Of a stretch of 64,000 bases of DNA, positions 19,877 to 29,228 are shown one piece after another; the first letter of the stretch is position 1; every line of letters starts with the position of its first letter. Origin of the DNA: Candidatus Saccharimonadota bacterium. Its GTDB lineage: Bacteria; Patescibacteriota; Saccharimonadia; Saccharimonadales; UBA10212. The stretch spans positions 343 to 64,342 of the forward strand of contig JALHRM010000003.1 in assembly GCA_022841445.1 (NCBI GenBank), read 5' to 3'. The notes beneath the pieces are model-generated. The model had not been told where the DNA came from, did not search any database, and worked only from the letters and a program-made list of their open reading frames with translations. A program made the translations under genes and the position numbers.

Positions 19877-19887
19877 TAAGGTTATAA

Positions 19888-20238
19888 TTAAGCCGATTTT
19901 TTTGGGGCAGGAGTTGCACCGAGCTTCTGTGATTCGGTTTTGGCGCCTTTTCTAGTCTTGGTAGCGGCTTTTTTACGAGCTTCCAGAGCATTGGCTGCGG
20001 CTTCGCGGCGGGCTTTGAACTTGTCGACGCGGCCTTCGATGTCGATCATTTTCTCTTGACCGGTGTAGAAGGGGTGCGAACTGCTGCTGATGTGTACTTT
20101 TACTAGCGGGTATTCTGTGCCATCGAGCTTGATAGTTTCGTCAGTTGCTACAGTAGAGCGCGTCAGAAACGTCGTATTGTCATTCAAATCTTGAAAAACA
20201 ACGTGACGGTAGTTGTTAGGGTGTAAATCTTTTTTCAT
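19888..20238 (-). CDS. rpmE: 50S ribosomal protein L31, type B (lacks the Zn-binding Cys), with a Lys/Ala-rich C-terminal extension.
   Basis: [15 protein letters not shown]...TRSTV...[36 protein letters not shown] matches L31. Confidence 0.9.
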   Translation of the reverse strand: MKKDLHPNNYRHVVFQDLNDNTTFLTRSTVATDETIKLDGTEYPLVKVHISSSSHPFYTGQEKMIDIEGRVDKFKARREAAANALEARKKAATKTRKGAKTESQKLGATPAPKKSA

Positions 20239-20336
20239 AGTCGGTTTCCGATTATATCTGTTTTATGAAGTTTGGTCAACAAACCCAGAGACCTTATATT
20301 GCAATTGTATAGTTAATATGTTAAAATATTTGTGTA

Positions 20337-20960
20337 ATGTTGAGTATTTATCAGAATTTAGGTCGGGAAATCCCGATGACATCATCGCCATCGCCACATC
20401 AGGTTGGTCTTTTACGTTGGCGCGAAAAAGAACTCAGGCGTTTTAACGATGAAGATGAAGCACTACGTGATCTAGATGATCGACTTGAGGCATATAAGTT
20501 TAATAAACAAGGTGCGGAACTTGCGAGAATCATAGGTGAAAAGACTGCGGAACTTGCCGATTTTGCACTTGCGACAAGCCTAGATGTCGGCGAAATTAAC
20601 GATCCCCGTAGGATTGTGAATGTTAGCAGCAACGATCCCCGTTATGATGAGCGTTATATTATTACTGCATTAGACGAGAATCTGACACCATGTGCTCCTC
20701 GCACAGCCTCAAACTTTAGGGTTGCGCTTCAAGACAGGAGAATTGATACAGTTCCTTATCCTGGCGCTTTTATAGATGACCCGCGATTTAGTTTTACTAT
20801 TGGCGGTAGTATGCTCCCAGAGCGGTGGGAACCTGAAGGACTTGTCCAAATGGAAGATGTACTCGAGCTCTACAATGATGCGATAAAAGCTCTAGTACTT
20901 AGTGCGACTGACGGCAATCTTAATCAACAGATTTCGACAGCTTCAGGTAGTGTCACATAG
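20337..20960 (+). CDS. Hypothetical cytoplasmic protein (207 aa), acidic, with no recognised domain.
   Basis: Clean ORF immediately upstream of, and co-directional with, the 581-aa HExxH protein. Confidence 0.45.
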   Translation: MLSIYQNLGREIPMTSSPSPHQVGLLRWREKELRRFNDEDEALRDLDDRLEAYKFNKQGAELARIIGEKTAELADFALATSLDVGEINDPRRIVNVSSNDPRYDERYIITALDENLTPCAPRTASNFRVALQDRRIDTVPYPGAFIDDPRFSFTIGGSMLPERWEPEGLVQMEDVLELYNDAIKALVLSATDGNLNQQISTASGSVT

Positions 20961-21035
20961 AAGAAGTAATTTAACGTAAAATTGACCAAAATAAAAACTT
21001 ATGCTAAAGTAGTAGTGTTAAATAAACACAAAAAT

Positions 21036-22727
21036 ATGCCAGAACGACTACCACAAGACCAATCAATTGATCCAACCTCGCCACACGTTGCCACTGATTT
21101 GCAGATGCAAGTCTTTGATGCTGACCCGTTACAGCCACGAAAAATTCATAGCCACCGTCGAGGTATGGCAGCTTCATTTTTAGCAGTCGCAGCACTAGGT
21201 ATGCTGGGCAAGGAAGTTGTAGCTCCAGCACTGGCTGCTGGCAAAGCTGGCGTGCCCGAAACTGGCCATGTTGGTCACGAACACGGAGATGTAGTAACAC
21301 CTCAAAAGGCCGATGAACAGATAAAGACGTATTCTATGTCCGATTTTCATAGACTAGTAAAGGCAGGGGCAAAGAAGCCGGCAATTGAGCGATCAAAGAC
21401 TTCTCCCTATGGAACCAAAAATGTCTTAACCCTCATGCAAAAATCAGACATCGAAGGCATGTACGGCGTTCTTACGAAACCGGAAAACGATCCTACCCTG
21501 GAAACGCTGTTTTTTCAGCGAGACAGTGTACTTTACGATATTGTCATGATGACTGAAGGAAATATTCAGACGCGGGCTATATCACGATATCGAGCCTATC
21601 TTGATGAAACAACCCCTCCTGAATTAAAGGCCAAATTGGGAGAAAGCTTTACGGCTGAATCAGCATTTTGGGAGAGGCAGAAAGAATTGTCTTCAACTGT
21701 TGGTTTTGAATACGCTAACCCGGCCGCAGCCATACAAGGTATTTTGGATGCACCTAATCCGGAAGAAGCATTAGCAGTAATGAATAGAGAACTGCTTGTC
21801 AAATTTGGCACTGAAGCAAAATTTTCTGACGACATTGCCACACAACTGGTCAGCGATTTAAAGAATACATACACCTGGGAAGATGTAGTCAGTAGTCCCA
21901 TTGATAGAAGCCCGGATGGCACAAAGAGGTTGAAGATAGCTATGGCACTCATTGCACATGGTTTAGCGAACACACCAGTTGACACTATGCCCAACACTTC
22001 GACCATTTATTTGACCCATAACTTCCAGAGAGGTTCAAGTGGTGCACCATCTAGGGTTGGAGCTGACGGTGTTTTAGCACCTCAGGTTGATATTGCGGGT
22101 ATGGTGCTGGAAGTAATAGACAAGAAACCGCGCCGACAGAATGACGCAATACTTATTTATGACATAGGCGATGTTATCGGCTGGGGGGAGGTAGATGGGT
22201 CGGATGCATTTGTATTACACGAAGCGGAGCACGTTGAAGACTTAAACGGTTTTGATAAAACAAACGCATTCAAAGTCAACCGCGCAAGAGCTACTCTGGA
22301 ACCATCGGTGCGTTATAAAAATCCATCAAAACCGAAAAGTAATATACCATTGCAGGCCACCAGTTTCTCATATTCGATTGGATGGAATCGGTACAACAAG
22401 CGTGCAGGAGTATTCAATCCTGATGGCACGCCTGGGCCGAATGCTTTTACCGTTTATACGTCGCCCTATGGAACAAATAATAATATAGAAGATTTCGCCG
22501 AGTCGACTTCAGACTTGAAAACCCGGCCGCAAAACTTCATTTATAAACTTATGAATCGACAAATTGGTGAGCTAGAGCCGGTAGACCTTAAGCGCCTAAG
22601 TTATCTCGACGCCCAGTCCGATATGAAACGTTGGCGAGCACCTTTGAGCGGCGCAACAAACCAGCGTCTTCGAACCGTAGTCTTCAATGCAGGCAAGGGC
22701 GGTGAGCTACCTGGCAGTATGAAATAG
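21036..22727 (+). CDS. Hypothetical membrane-anchored or secreted protein (about 560 aa) carrying a HEAEH (HExxH) zincin-like motif. Possibly a metallo-hydrolase.
   Basis: Signal-anchor-like helix MAASFLAVAALGMLG and HEAEH at 22218-22232. No other family signature was recognised. The start is uncertain: the ORF opens at 20982 and ATG 21036 is also available. Confidence 0.45.
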   Translation: MPERLPQDQSIDPTSPHVATDLQMQVFDADPLQPRKIHSHRRGMAASFLAVAALGMLGKEVVAPALAAGKAGVPETGHVGHEHGDVVTPQKADEQIKTYSMSDFHRLVKAGAKKPAIERSKTSPYGTKNVLTLMQKSDIEGMYGVLTKPENDPTLETLFFQRDSVLYDIVMMTEGNIQTRAISRYRAYLDETTPPELKAKLGESFTAESAFWERQKELSSTVGFEYANPAAAIQGILDAPNPEEALAVMNRELLVKFGTEAKFSDDIATQLVSDLKNTYTWEDVVSSPIDRSPDGTKRLKIAMALIAHGLANTPVDTMPNTSTIYLTHNFQRGSSGAPSRVGADGVLAPQVDIAGMVLEVIDKKPRRQNDAILIYDIGDVIGWGEVDGSDAFVLHEAEHVEDLNGFDKTNAFKVNRARATLEPSVRYKNPSKPKSNIPLQATSFSYSIGWNRYNKRAGVFNPDGTPGPNAFTVYTSPYGTNNNIEDFAESTSDLKTRPQNFIYKLMNRQIGELEPVDLKRLSYLDAQSDMKRWRAPLSGATNQRLRTVVFNAGKGGELPGSMK

Positions 22728-22756
22728 TTGCTAGATTCACTTAACAGAGGTATAAT
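22728..22756 (+). promoter_or_regulatory. Sigma-70-type promoter for rpsB: TTGCTA (-35), 17-nt spacer, TATAAT (-10). It is followed by a ~105-nt leader.
   Basis: ttgctagattcacttaacagaggtataat sits directly after the stop of the upstream gene. Confidence 0.5.
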
Positions 22757-22863
22757 ACCCTTCGTAATTAATTAAGCAGCGGGACAAATCAATCCTCCTG
22801 GCAACTACCGTGTAGGGGCTGTCGGGTAATCGTCCTCGCGAAGTGAAAGGATTTGTAAAAATC

Positions 22864-23766
22864 ATGGCATCAAAGATTGATGTTGATATTAAGCAGTTGC
22901 TCCAGTCTGGGGCGCATTTTGGTCACAAAACCAGCCGTTGGCACCCGAAGATGGCGCCGTATATTCACAGCAAAAAAAATGGCAGTCATATTATTGATCT
23001 GACTACGACGGTAGAAAAACTAGAGATTGCCCTCAACTTTTTGACCGAAACCGCAGCAGCCGGCAAGCAGGTGCTACTAGTCAGTACCAAGCCGCAAGCT
23101 CAAGCGATAATCAAACAGACTGCCGAAGAACTTGGCATGCCGTATGTTGTCGAACGATGGCTCGGTGGTATGCTCACCAATCAAAACACCATCGGTGGGC
23201 GAATCAAATACCTAAAGAGCCTCGAAGAAAAAATGGCTAGTGGCGAGCTTGCCAACAAATACAACAAGCTCGAAGTCCAGCGCTTTGCCGAAGAAATCGA
23301 AGAAATGAATCACCTCTACGGCGGCATCAAAGACATGCATGCTAAACTGGGAGCCGTTTTTGTCATTGATGTCACGAACGATGTTAACGCAGTACGAGAA
23401 GCTAACAAACTTGGCGTGCCTGTTATCGGCTTGGCGGACACCAATGCCGACCCAACCGATTTAACATACTTCATTCCATGCAATGATGACGCTACTAAGA
23501 CAATTACGCTTGTCGTAGAGTACGTTAAGCAAGCTATCCAAGCCGGCAAATCGCGCGCCAAAGATGCGGCGCCAGCGAAAGAAGCGCCGAAGTCTGCGGT
23601 TCCTGATATCGCTAAAAAGTCAGCTACCGAAGAACCTAAAAGCGAAGTTAAAGAAGCAAAATCTGAAGAAAAGGTAGAAAAACCAGAACCCAAAGACGAA
23701 AAGCCAAAACCAGCTGCCAAAAAGCCAGAAGTAAAGAAGACTCCAGCCAAGAAAGAGGCGAAATAA
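22864..23766 (+). CDS. rpsB: 30S ribosomal protein S2 with a Lys/Glu/Ala-rich C-terminal tail.
   Basis: MASKIDVDIKQLLQSGAHFGHKTSRWHPKMAPYIH is a canonical S2 N-terminus. I used ATG 22864; the six-frame ORF opens at 22843. Confidence 0.93.
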   Translation: MASKIDVDIKQLLQSGAHFGHKTSRWHPKMAPYIHSKKNGSHIIDLTTTVEKLEIALNFLTETAAAGKQVLLVSTKPQAQAIIKQTAEELGMPYVVERWLGGMLTNQNTIGGRIKYLKSLEEKMASGELANKYNKLEVQRFAEEIEEMNHLYGGIKDMHAKLGAVFVIDVTNDVNAVREANKLGVPVIGLADTNADPTDLTYFIPCNDDATKTITLVVEYVKQAIQAGKSRAKDAAPAKEAPKSAVPDIAKKSATEEPKSEVKEAKSEEKVEKPEPKDEKPKPAAKKPEVKKTPAKKEAK

Positions 23767-23987
23767 TGGGCGGTAATGGCGGCGGTGCGGGTGCGCCGTC
23801 ACCCGGAGTATTAGACCACCCCCGAGTTGTTGATGCGCCTGGTATACCAGCAATCGTGCGAGATTTTATTGACAGTGGCGTTCCAAATGGGGTTGATGAA
23901 CTGGCAGCAGGAGGTCTATTAACAGATTTCTGTGTTGATTTAGCAACCAAAGGACTGCTACGAGCAACACAAGAAGGAGAGGTTTAA
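23766..23987 (+). CDS. Possible small Gly-rich protein (73 aa). Its ATG overlaps the rpsB stop (TAATG) and it ends just before the tsf RBS.
   Basis: ORF in the rpsB-tsf intergenic interval. No homology was recognised and it could equally be a non-coding spacer. Confidence 0.25.
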   Translation: MGGNGGGAGAPSPGVLDHPRVVDAPGIPAIVRDFIDSGVPNGVDELAAGGLLTDFCVDLATKGLLRATQEGEV

Positions 23988-23992
23988 AAGAT

Positions 23993-24592
23993 ATGGCAAC
24001 TATATCAATTGATGAAATTAAACGGCTACGCGAGCTCACCGGTGTTGGGATTACTGATGCAAAGCAGGCGTTAACCGAAGCCGATGGCGACTTTGATACG
24101 GCGCTAGCTGCGATGCGAAAAAAAGGCATGACCAAAGCCGAAAAGCGTGGTGAGCGCGAAGCTCGAGCCGGAGTAATCGGAAGCTATATACACGACAATC
24201 GGATTGGCGTTATTGTTGAAGTGAACTGCGAAACAGACTTTGTTGCTCGAAATGAAAAATTCACTGATCTTGTGAAGGATGTGGCAATGCACATCGCTGC
24301 CAGTTCTCCAGAATTTGTTAGTTCTGATGACATCACAGAAGATGTTAAAAAAGCTGCCGCGGCTGAGTTTAGTGAAAAAGCCAAAGCCGAAGGCAAACCC
24401 GAAAACATGATTGCTCAAATTGTTGAAGGCATGTTGAAAAAGCATTTTGCAGAACGCTGCTTGCTAGACCAACCATTCATCAAAAATCCTGACCAGACAG
24501 TCGGTGATTATGTGCGCGAAGCTAACGCCAAGCTTGGCGAAAACATCGTCGTGCGGCGTTTTAATCGCATGGCACTTGGCGAGCTAAACTAG
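23993..24592 (+). CDS. tsf: Elongation factor Ts (short form).
   Basis: N-terminal MATISIDEIKRLRELTGVGITDAKQALTEADGDFDTALAAMRKKG (UBA-like), then VNCETDFVARNEKF. RBS AAGGAGAG lies upstream. Confidence 0.93.
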   Translation: MATISIDEIKRLRELTGVGITDAKQALTEADGDFDTALAAMRKKGMTKAEKRGEREARAGVIGSYIHDNRIGVIVEVNCETDFVARNEKFTDLVKDVAMHIAASSPEFVSSDDITEDVKKAAAAEFSEKAKAEGKPENMIAQIVEGMLKKHFAERCLLDQPFIKNPDQTVGDYVREANAKLGENIVVRRFNRMALGELN

Positions 24593-24613
24593 ACTAAGTA
24601 CAAGCAGGAGTTA

Positions 24614-25369
24614 ATGAAAATGGCAGAGTATAGAGCTATTGCCCTAGATTTCGATGGCACACTAGCTGATAGCCCCAGAGTGCACCGGCTCGCTCGTGAG
24701 CAAGCCTATGACGCTTTGGCGCAGAACGACGAAAGGTTTTTGAAGTCGGCCGAACGGGATGCTGTGCTTGCTATAGCGCATAGACTGGGCACTACTTCTA
24801 TAGGCATCGAAGCTGAAATACTTCGAAGATTAGGTATTGTAGAGCCGGATGCCAACCCAAACAGCAACGCCACCATAACCGAAGTTGCCGGCATAAAGGG
24901 TGAGTTGTACCGAGCCATAGCGGCAAACGGTTTGCCGTCAAACCCGGGCGCAATAGATTTTGTGCGAGATGCTGCGGACGAGTTTGGGGTACGCGGCGTG
25001 GCGATTGTCACTACCGCTTCTAATGCCGAAGTTGATCCGTTCGTAGACCTGCACGGTATCGGTAGTTGTGTTGGATACGTCGTTTCTCGAGATTTTCGGG
25101 GAGGTATAGCACCGGAACAGCTCAAACCGCATCCGTATCAATATCAGCAGACAGCTCGCTTGCTAGGAATGACTGGTATTTTGGCTTATGAAATTGCTGC
25201 GGTGGAGGATAGTCCTGGGGGTATCGTTGCCGCAAAATTTGCTGGACTGGGTGCTGTTGGTCTTGCTACCACGCACGAGCCGGGCGAGCTTTTAGCAGCA
25301 GATGCTGTCGTTCATGATTTTACTGAGCTTCGTGGAGTAGTTTTGCCTGCGACTTCTCATGTACGTTAG
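24614..25369 (+). CDS. HAD-superfamily hydrolase/phosphatase.
   Basis: Motif I is present (IALDFDGTLADS). Confidence 0.7.
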   Translation: MKMAEYRAIALDFDGTLADSPRVHRLAREQAYDALAQNDERFLKSAERDAVLAIAHRLGTTSIGIEAEILRRLGIVEPDANPNSNATITEVAGIKGELYRAIAANGLPSNPGAIDFVRDAADEFGVRGVAIVTTASNAEVDPFVDLHGIGSCVGYVVSRDFRGGIAPEQLKPHPYQYQQTARLLGMTGILAYEIAAVEDSPGGIVAAKFAGLGAVGLATTHEPGELLAADAVVHDFTELRGVVLPATSHVR

Positions 25370-25446
25370 TTGACTTTTTGTCACTATCATGCTAGTGTTA
25401 ATATTAGATACTAAATAAAATCAAAAATAATCTAAGAGTAAAAAGG

Positions 25447-26172
25447 ATGCATATCATGTCAGAAAAAGGATCAGGAGGACCAAGCAGGCCAGAGGGTCGT
25501 CGAACCCGACGAGGCGTTCGGGTTGCAGTAAGTGCGTTAGCTGCTACTGTGGCTTTGGGAGCTGGATCAGCTACGGCCGTGGGTGGTGAAACATCTGCAC
25601 CACGTAGCCCAGAAGAAATCGCAAAGATCAGAGCCGAGCAGCGCGGTATAGAGAAGGATGTATTTGCCAGCTTCAAGGCGAATACGGATCGTATGCCGAC
25701 TGTATTTGACCAAGCCCTTCGGGCTTATGCAGCGAAAAAAGGTACAACCGCTGAAGGGTTCAAAGCTAGGGGAAGCGCCACTTATGATCTCAATATCACT
25801 ACTGGTGGCAATGAGGAAAATGGTTATAAATGGAAAGGTCTTCGAGCCCGTTATAACAACGGTCAGTTAAAGTCGATTATTGTAGCTGACGGCCTAAAAG
25901 CTCCTCTTCAGGCCGGTCAGCCTCCACGGACTAATGACAGCATAAGAATAGATCGTACTAACGGGGGCTGGGTTATTGAGACTACAACACCGGGACCTAG
26001 TCGAAGAGCTCCTTCTTCTAGTGTGGCTACCCGTAGTTTTGCCCTCTCTACGTTGCCTGCTATGAACATAGGTGACAGGATGGGTATTACAACTAGTCTA
26101 GACAGCCTGAATAAAGAAGTCGGCGGGGTGCTTGACATCTATAGTGAGCGGCTCGGCCTACAACCAGAATAG
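25447..26172 (+). CDS. Secreted hypothetical protein (241 aa) with a signal peptide ending AVSALAATVALGAGSATA.
   Basis: N-terminal Arg-rich n-region plus a hydrophobic core and an AxA site. The 5' part is locally GC-rich, and a candidate promoter TTGACT lies at 25370. Confidence 0.5.
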   Translation: MHIMSEKGSGGPSRPEGRRTRRGVRVAVSALAATVALGAGSATAVGGETSAPRSPEEIAKIRAEQRGIEKDVFASFKANTDRMPTVFDQALRAYAAKKGTTAEGFKARGSATYDLNITTGGNEENGYKWKGLRARYNNGQLKSIIVADGLKAPLQAGQPPRTNDSIRIDRTNGGWVIETTTPGPSRRAPSSSVATRSFALSTLPAMNIGDRMGITTSLDSLNKEVGGVLDIYSERLGLQPE

Positions 26173-26202
26173 TAATTAAGATTTTGTAGAGCCATGACAA
26201 AA

Positions 26203-26236
26203 ACAGGCCGACACACATACCGGCCTGTTTTTAATT
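26203..26236 (+). terminator. Rho-independent terminator: acaggccg-(10-nt loop)-cggcctgt followed by ttttaatt.
   Basis: Perfect 8-bp GC-rich inverted repeat followed by a T-run, between the 25447 ORF and frr. Confidence 0.7.
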
Positions 26237-26270
26237 GCGGTACAATAACTGTATAAACCAAGGAGCTTTA

Positions 26271-26834
26271 ATGGACGCAGAACAAGTGGCAAGCCAGAGC
26301 GAACAGAAACTAAAAAGTGCAGTTGAGCGTTTCAAAGAAGAACTCAAAAAACTACGAACTGGCCGAGCGCACCCCAGTATATTGGATGGTGTCACGGTTG
26401 AAGCATACGGCACCCCGATGCCACTCATACAAGTTGCTACCGTCACCGCACCTGAAGCGCAGCTTTTACAGATCAGTCCATTTGATCCGAATAATCTGCA
26501 GGCCATTGCCGCTGCCATTCGCGACAATCAGTCGCTAGGGCTTAATCCGGTAGATGACGGTCGGGTGGTGCGCATTCAGATGCCACCATTGACCGAAGAG
26601 CGTCGAGGTCAAATCGTCAAAGTGCTCCATGAAAAAGCCGAGGACAGCCTTATCAGCATGCGAGGCGTACGACACGAGGCGTTCAAAGTTATTGACCAAG
26701 CCAAAAAAGATAAAGATGTCAGCGAAGATGAAGCTAAACGGCTGGAAAAGCAAGTTGACGACCTCATGAACAAATACAAAGTTGAGGTTGAGTCAGCCAC
26801 CAAATCCAAAGAACAAGAATTGACCACGGTGTAG
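26271..26834 (+). CDS. frr: Ribosome recycling factor.
   Basis: RRF signature throughout (GRAHPSILDGVTVEAYGTPMPLIQVATVTAPEAQLLQISPFD). I used ATG 26271, preceded by AAGGAG; the ORF opens at 26235. Confidence 0.92.
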   Translation: MDAEQVASQSEQKLKSAVERFKEELKKLRTGRAHPSILDGVTVEAYGTPMPLIQVATVTAPEAQLLQISPFDPNNLQAIAAAIRDNQSLGLNPVDDGRVVRIQMPPLTEERRGQIVKVLHEKAEDSLISMRGVRHEAFKVIDQAKKDKDVSEDEAKRLEKQVDDLMNKYKVEVESATKSKEQELTTV

Positions 26835-26837
26835 TTC

Positions 26838-27536
26838 ATGGCTGAAGATGCGAAAGTGCCGAAACATGTCGGTATTATTATGGACGGTAACCGCCGTTGG
26901 GCTAAGGCGAACGGAATGCAGAGCATACAGGGTCACGCCAAGGGTGTCGAAGTGCTTCGCACTATTACTGAACATGCTGCTAAGTCCGGCGTAGAATTCT
27001 TGAGTGTTTATGCTTTTTCTACCGAAAATTGGCGTAGGACTGAAGAGGAAGTTGGTTTTTTGATGGGTTTGTTCGTGAAAAGTTTAGCCAAATACCTTGA
27101 AGAGTTGCATCAGCAAAATGTTCGACTAATGATGCTAGGGAGCCGCGATGGATTATCCGATAACTTACTTGAGGCATGGGAAAAGGCGGCTGAAAAAACT
27201 AAAAACAATACTGGAATAACCTTGGCAACTTGTTGGAATTATGGTGGTCAACAGGAAATAATTGATGGAGTAAAAGATCTAGTTGGGCAGGGCTTAGACG
27301 TATCGAAACTAACACCCGAAACGTTTGAATCGTTCCTGTACGGGGGGAGTGCGGTTCCTCCGGTTGACTACGTTATTCGAACGTCCGGTGAACAACGCAG
27401 CAGCGGATTTATGCTGTGGCGTGCAGCCTACGCCGAATTTTATGCAGTCGATAAATTGTGGCCGGAATTCTCCGAAGCAGATTTTGATATAGCACTGGCA
27501 GAGTACGCCACCCGCGGACGGCGCTTCGGTTCTTAG
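26838..27536 (+). CDS. uppS: Undecaprenyl diphosphate synthase (isoprenyl transferase).
   Basis: PKHVGIIMDGNRRWAKANG motif. The start is 4 nt after the frr stop. Confidence 0.92.
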   Translation: MAEDAKVPKHVGIIMDGNRRWAKANGMQSIQGHAKGVEVLRTITEHAAKSGVEFLSVYAFSTENWRRTEEEVGFLMGLFVKSLAKYLEELHQQNVRLMMLGSRDGLSDNLLEAWEKAAEKTKNNTGITLATCWNYGGQQEIIDGVKDLVGQGLDVSKLTPETFESFLYGGSAVPPVDYVIRTSGEQRSSGFMLWRAAYAEFYAVDKLWPEFSEADFDIALAEYATRGRRFGS

Positions 27537-27562
27537 TGTTGAGGTTTTTGTTTTCTTTCTAG

Positions 27563-27922
27563 TTAATTCAGCGTCTTATTTTTGCTGGAAAGTCGTAAGA
27601 ACAGAAATCTTATATCAATAATTAGAACTGCAATGCAAAGAATTGCTAGACCGATGAGTATAAAGGGGCCGAAGAACAGAATCATAAAAACACTCGTCAA
27701 TGCCTCATCTTCATTACCGACCGGCATATAGTCAAAATAATATAAACATCCTGCGATCACTAAAAATGGCAAGGCATTGGCAAGTAGTATCATCTTCCAA
27801 GACATACCTTTGTTTTGTGTATGAGTTCTCTGGTACGCAAGTGGCTGATTTGAGGATTGGAGGCTAATGTTAGCGGTATTGCCTTGCGATACTTGGCTTT
27901 CGTCTCGTTCTTGAGGGGACAT
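27563..27922 (-). CDS. Small hypothetical membrane protein (119 aa, 2-3 TM).
   Basis: Hydrophobic ORF on the minus strand at the position where cdsA would be expected. Confidence 0.4.
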   Translation of the reverse strand: MSPQERDESQVSQGNTANISLQSSNQPLAYQRTHTQNKGMSWKMILLANALPFLVIAGCLYYFDYMPVGNEDEALTSVFMILFFGPFILIGLAILCIAVLIIDIRFLFLRLSSKNKTLN

Positions 27923-28005
27923 AATAATTGTATTATAGTAGCTTTTCTTTTAAATCTAGAAATAACTTCGCATATGAGAACTATCCCCACATGTTAGAAT
28001 AAACA

Positions 28006-29208
28006 GTGACTATGGCGTTACTTCTATCATTTTTGGGTGTGCTGCTATTTATTGGGCTTATTTTAGTCCATGAATACGGCCACTATAAAGTTGCTATCCG
28101 AAACGGTGTTAAAGTCGAAGAATTTGGACTTGGTTTGCCGCCACGGGCGTGGGGCAAGAAACTCAAAAGCGGCATGCTGTTAAGTCTCAACTGGCTGCCA
28201 CTCGGTGGCTTTGTAAGACTGAAGGGCGAGACAGATTCCGATACCCGAAAAGGCAGCTTTGGCGCCGCGAGCATGTGGGTAAAGACTAAGATTATGCTCG
28301 CCGGTGTGGCTATGAACTTGATCACCGCGTTAGTGCTATTCACCCTATTGGCGCTTATTGGACTACCGACGATATTTAACAAACAAACGCTTGGTCAAGA
28401 CCAGTTTACCATTGCATCAGACGAGCGTATTGCCCGGCAGGATTTGAAAGTTGGCTATGTCGAGCCAGGATCTCCGGCTGATAAAGCCGGGTTAGTAGCG
28501 CTGGATACATTGATAGCATACGGTGATTCACCTTGTAAGACGGGAGGCTGTGAGCCGTTTACCACCGCTGATGCACTACTTGCAACTACAGCGTCATTCG
28601 CTGGCCAGCAGCTTTATGTACAGTATGAACGGGACGGCCAAACATACTTTACGAATGCTACGCTGCGCGGTGAAGCAGAAGTTACCGTCAGCAAAAATAC
28701 CGACAACCCGAAAGGTTATTTTGGGCTGGCACCAACTGAGTTCGTCGTGAAACGATACACCTGGAGCGCCCCGGTAGTGGCGGTCGGTTTGACAGCCCAA
28801 CTTACGCAGTTGACTTTTCAGGGAATAGGCAAAGCCTTTGCCGGCATTGGGTCGGCACTCGCCGGACTGGTCACATCAAATCAAGAAGCGAGAGTAAACG
28901 GCCAAACTCAAGCCAGTGAACAGGTCGGCGGGCCGGTAGCGATATTTAAAATTCTTTTTGACAGTGGGTCTTTGGGGATAAATTTTATCCTGCTGCTTAT
29001 TGCGCTCCTATCACTAACACTAGCCATTATGAACGCTTTGCCAATCCCGGCCCTTGATGGTGGCAGGTTGTTTGTTACGTGGCTGTTCCGACTAGTAAAA
29101 AAGCCGCTCACAAAGCCGCTCGAAGAACGAATTCATGGCACTGGCATGGCGGTGCTGCTGTCCTTATTTGTACTGATCACGTATCTCGACATCAAAAGGT
29201 TCTTCTAG
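28006..29208 (+). CDS. rseP: RIP metalloprotease RseP (site-2 protease, M50 family) with a PDZ domain.
   Basis: HEYGHY zinc motif in TM1, a PDZ domain, and the NALPIPALDGGRL motif. The start is GTG 28006 or ATG 28012. Confidence 0.9.
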   Translation: MTMALLLSFLGVLLFIGLILVHEYGHYKVAIRNGVKVEEFGLGLPPRAWGKKLKSGMLLSLNWLPLGGFVRLKGETDSDTRKGSFGAASMWVKTKIMLAGVAMNLITALVLFTLLALIGLPTIFNKQTLGQDQFTIASDERIARQDLKVGYVEPGSPADKAGLVALDTLIAYGDSPCKTGGCEPFTTADALLATTASFAGQQLYVQYERDGQTYFTNATLRGEAEVTVSKNTDNPKGYFGLAPTEFVVKRYTWSAPVVAVGLTAQLTQLTFQGIGKAFAGIGSALAGLVTSNQEARVNGQTQASEQVGGPVAIFKILFDSGSLGINFILLLIALLSLTLAIMNALPIPALDGGRLFVTWLFRLVKKPLTKPLEERIHGTGMAVLLSLFVLITYLDIKRFF

Positions 29209-29228
29209 GGGTTATAGGGACTAGCTAT

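Noticed and set aside
23316-24135. Minus-strand ORFs antisense to the rpsB C-terminal tail and tsf.
   Set aside because: The low-complexity Lys/Glu/Ala coding repeat on the plus strand generates long antisense open frames. They are not independent genes.
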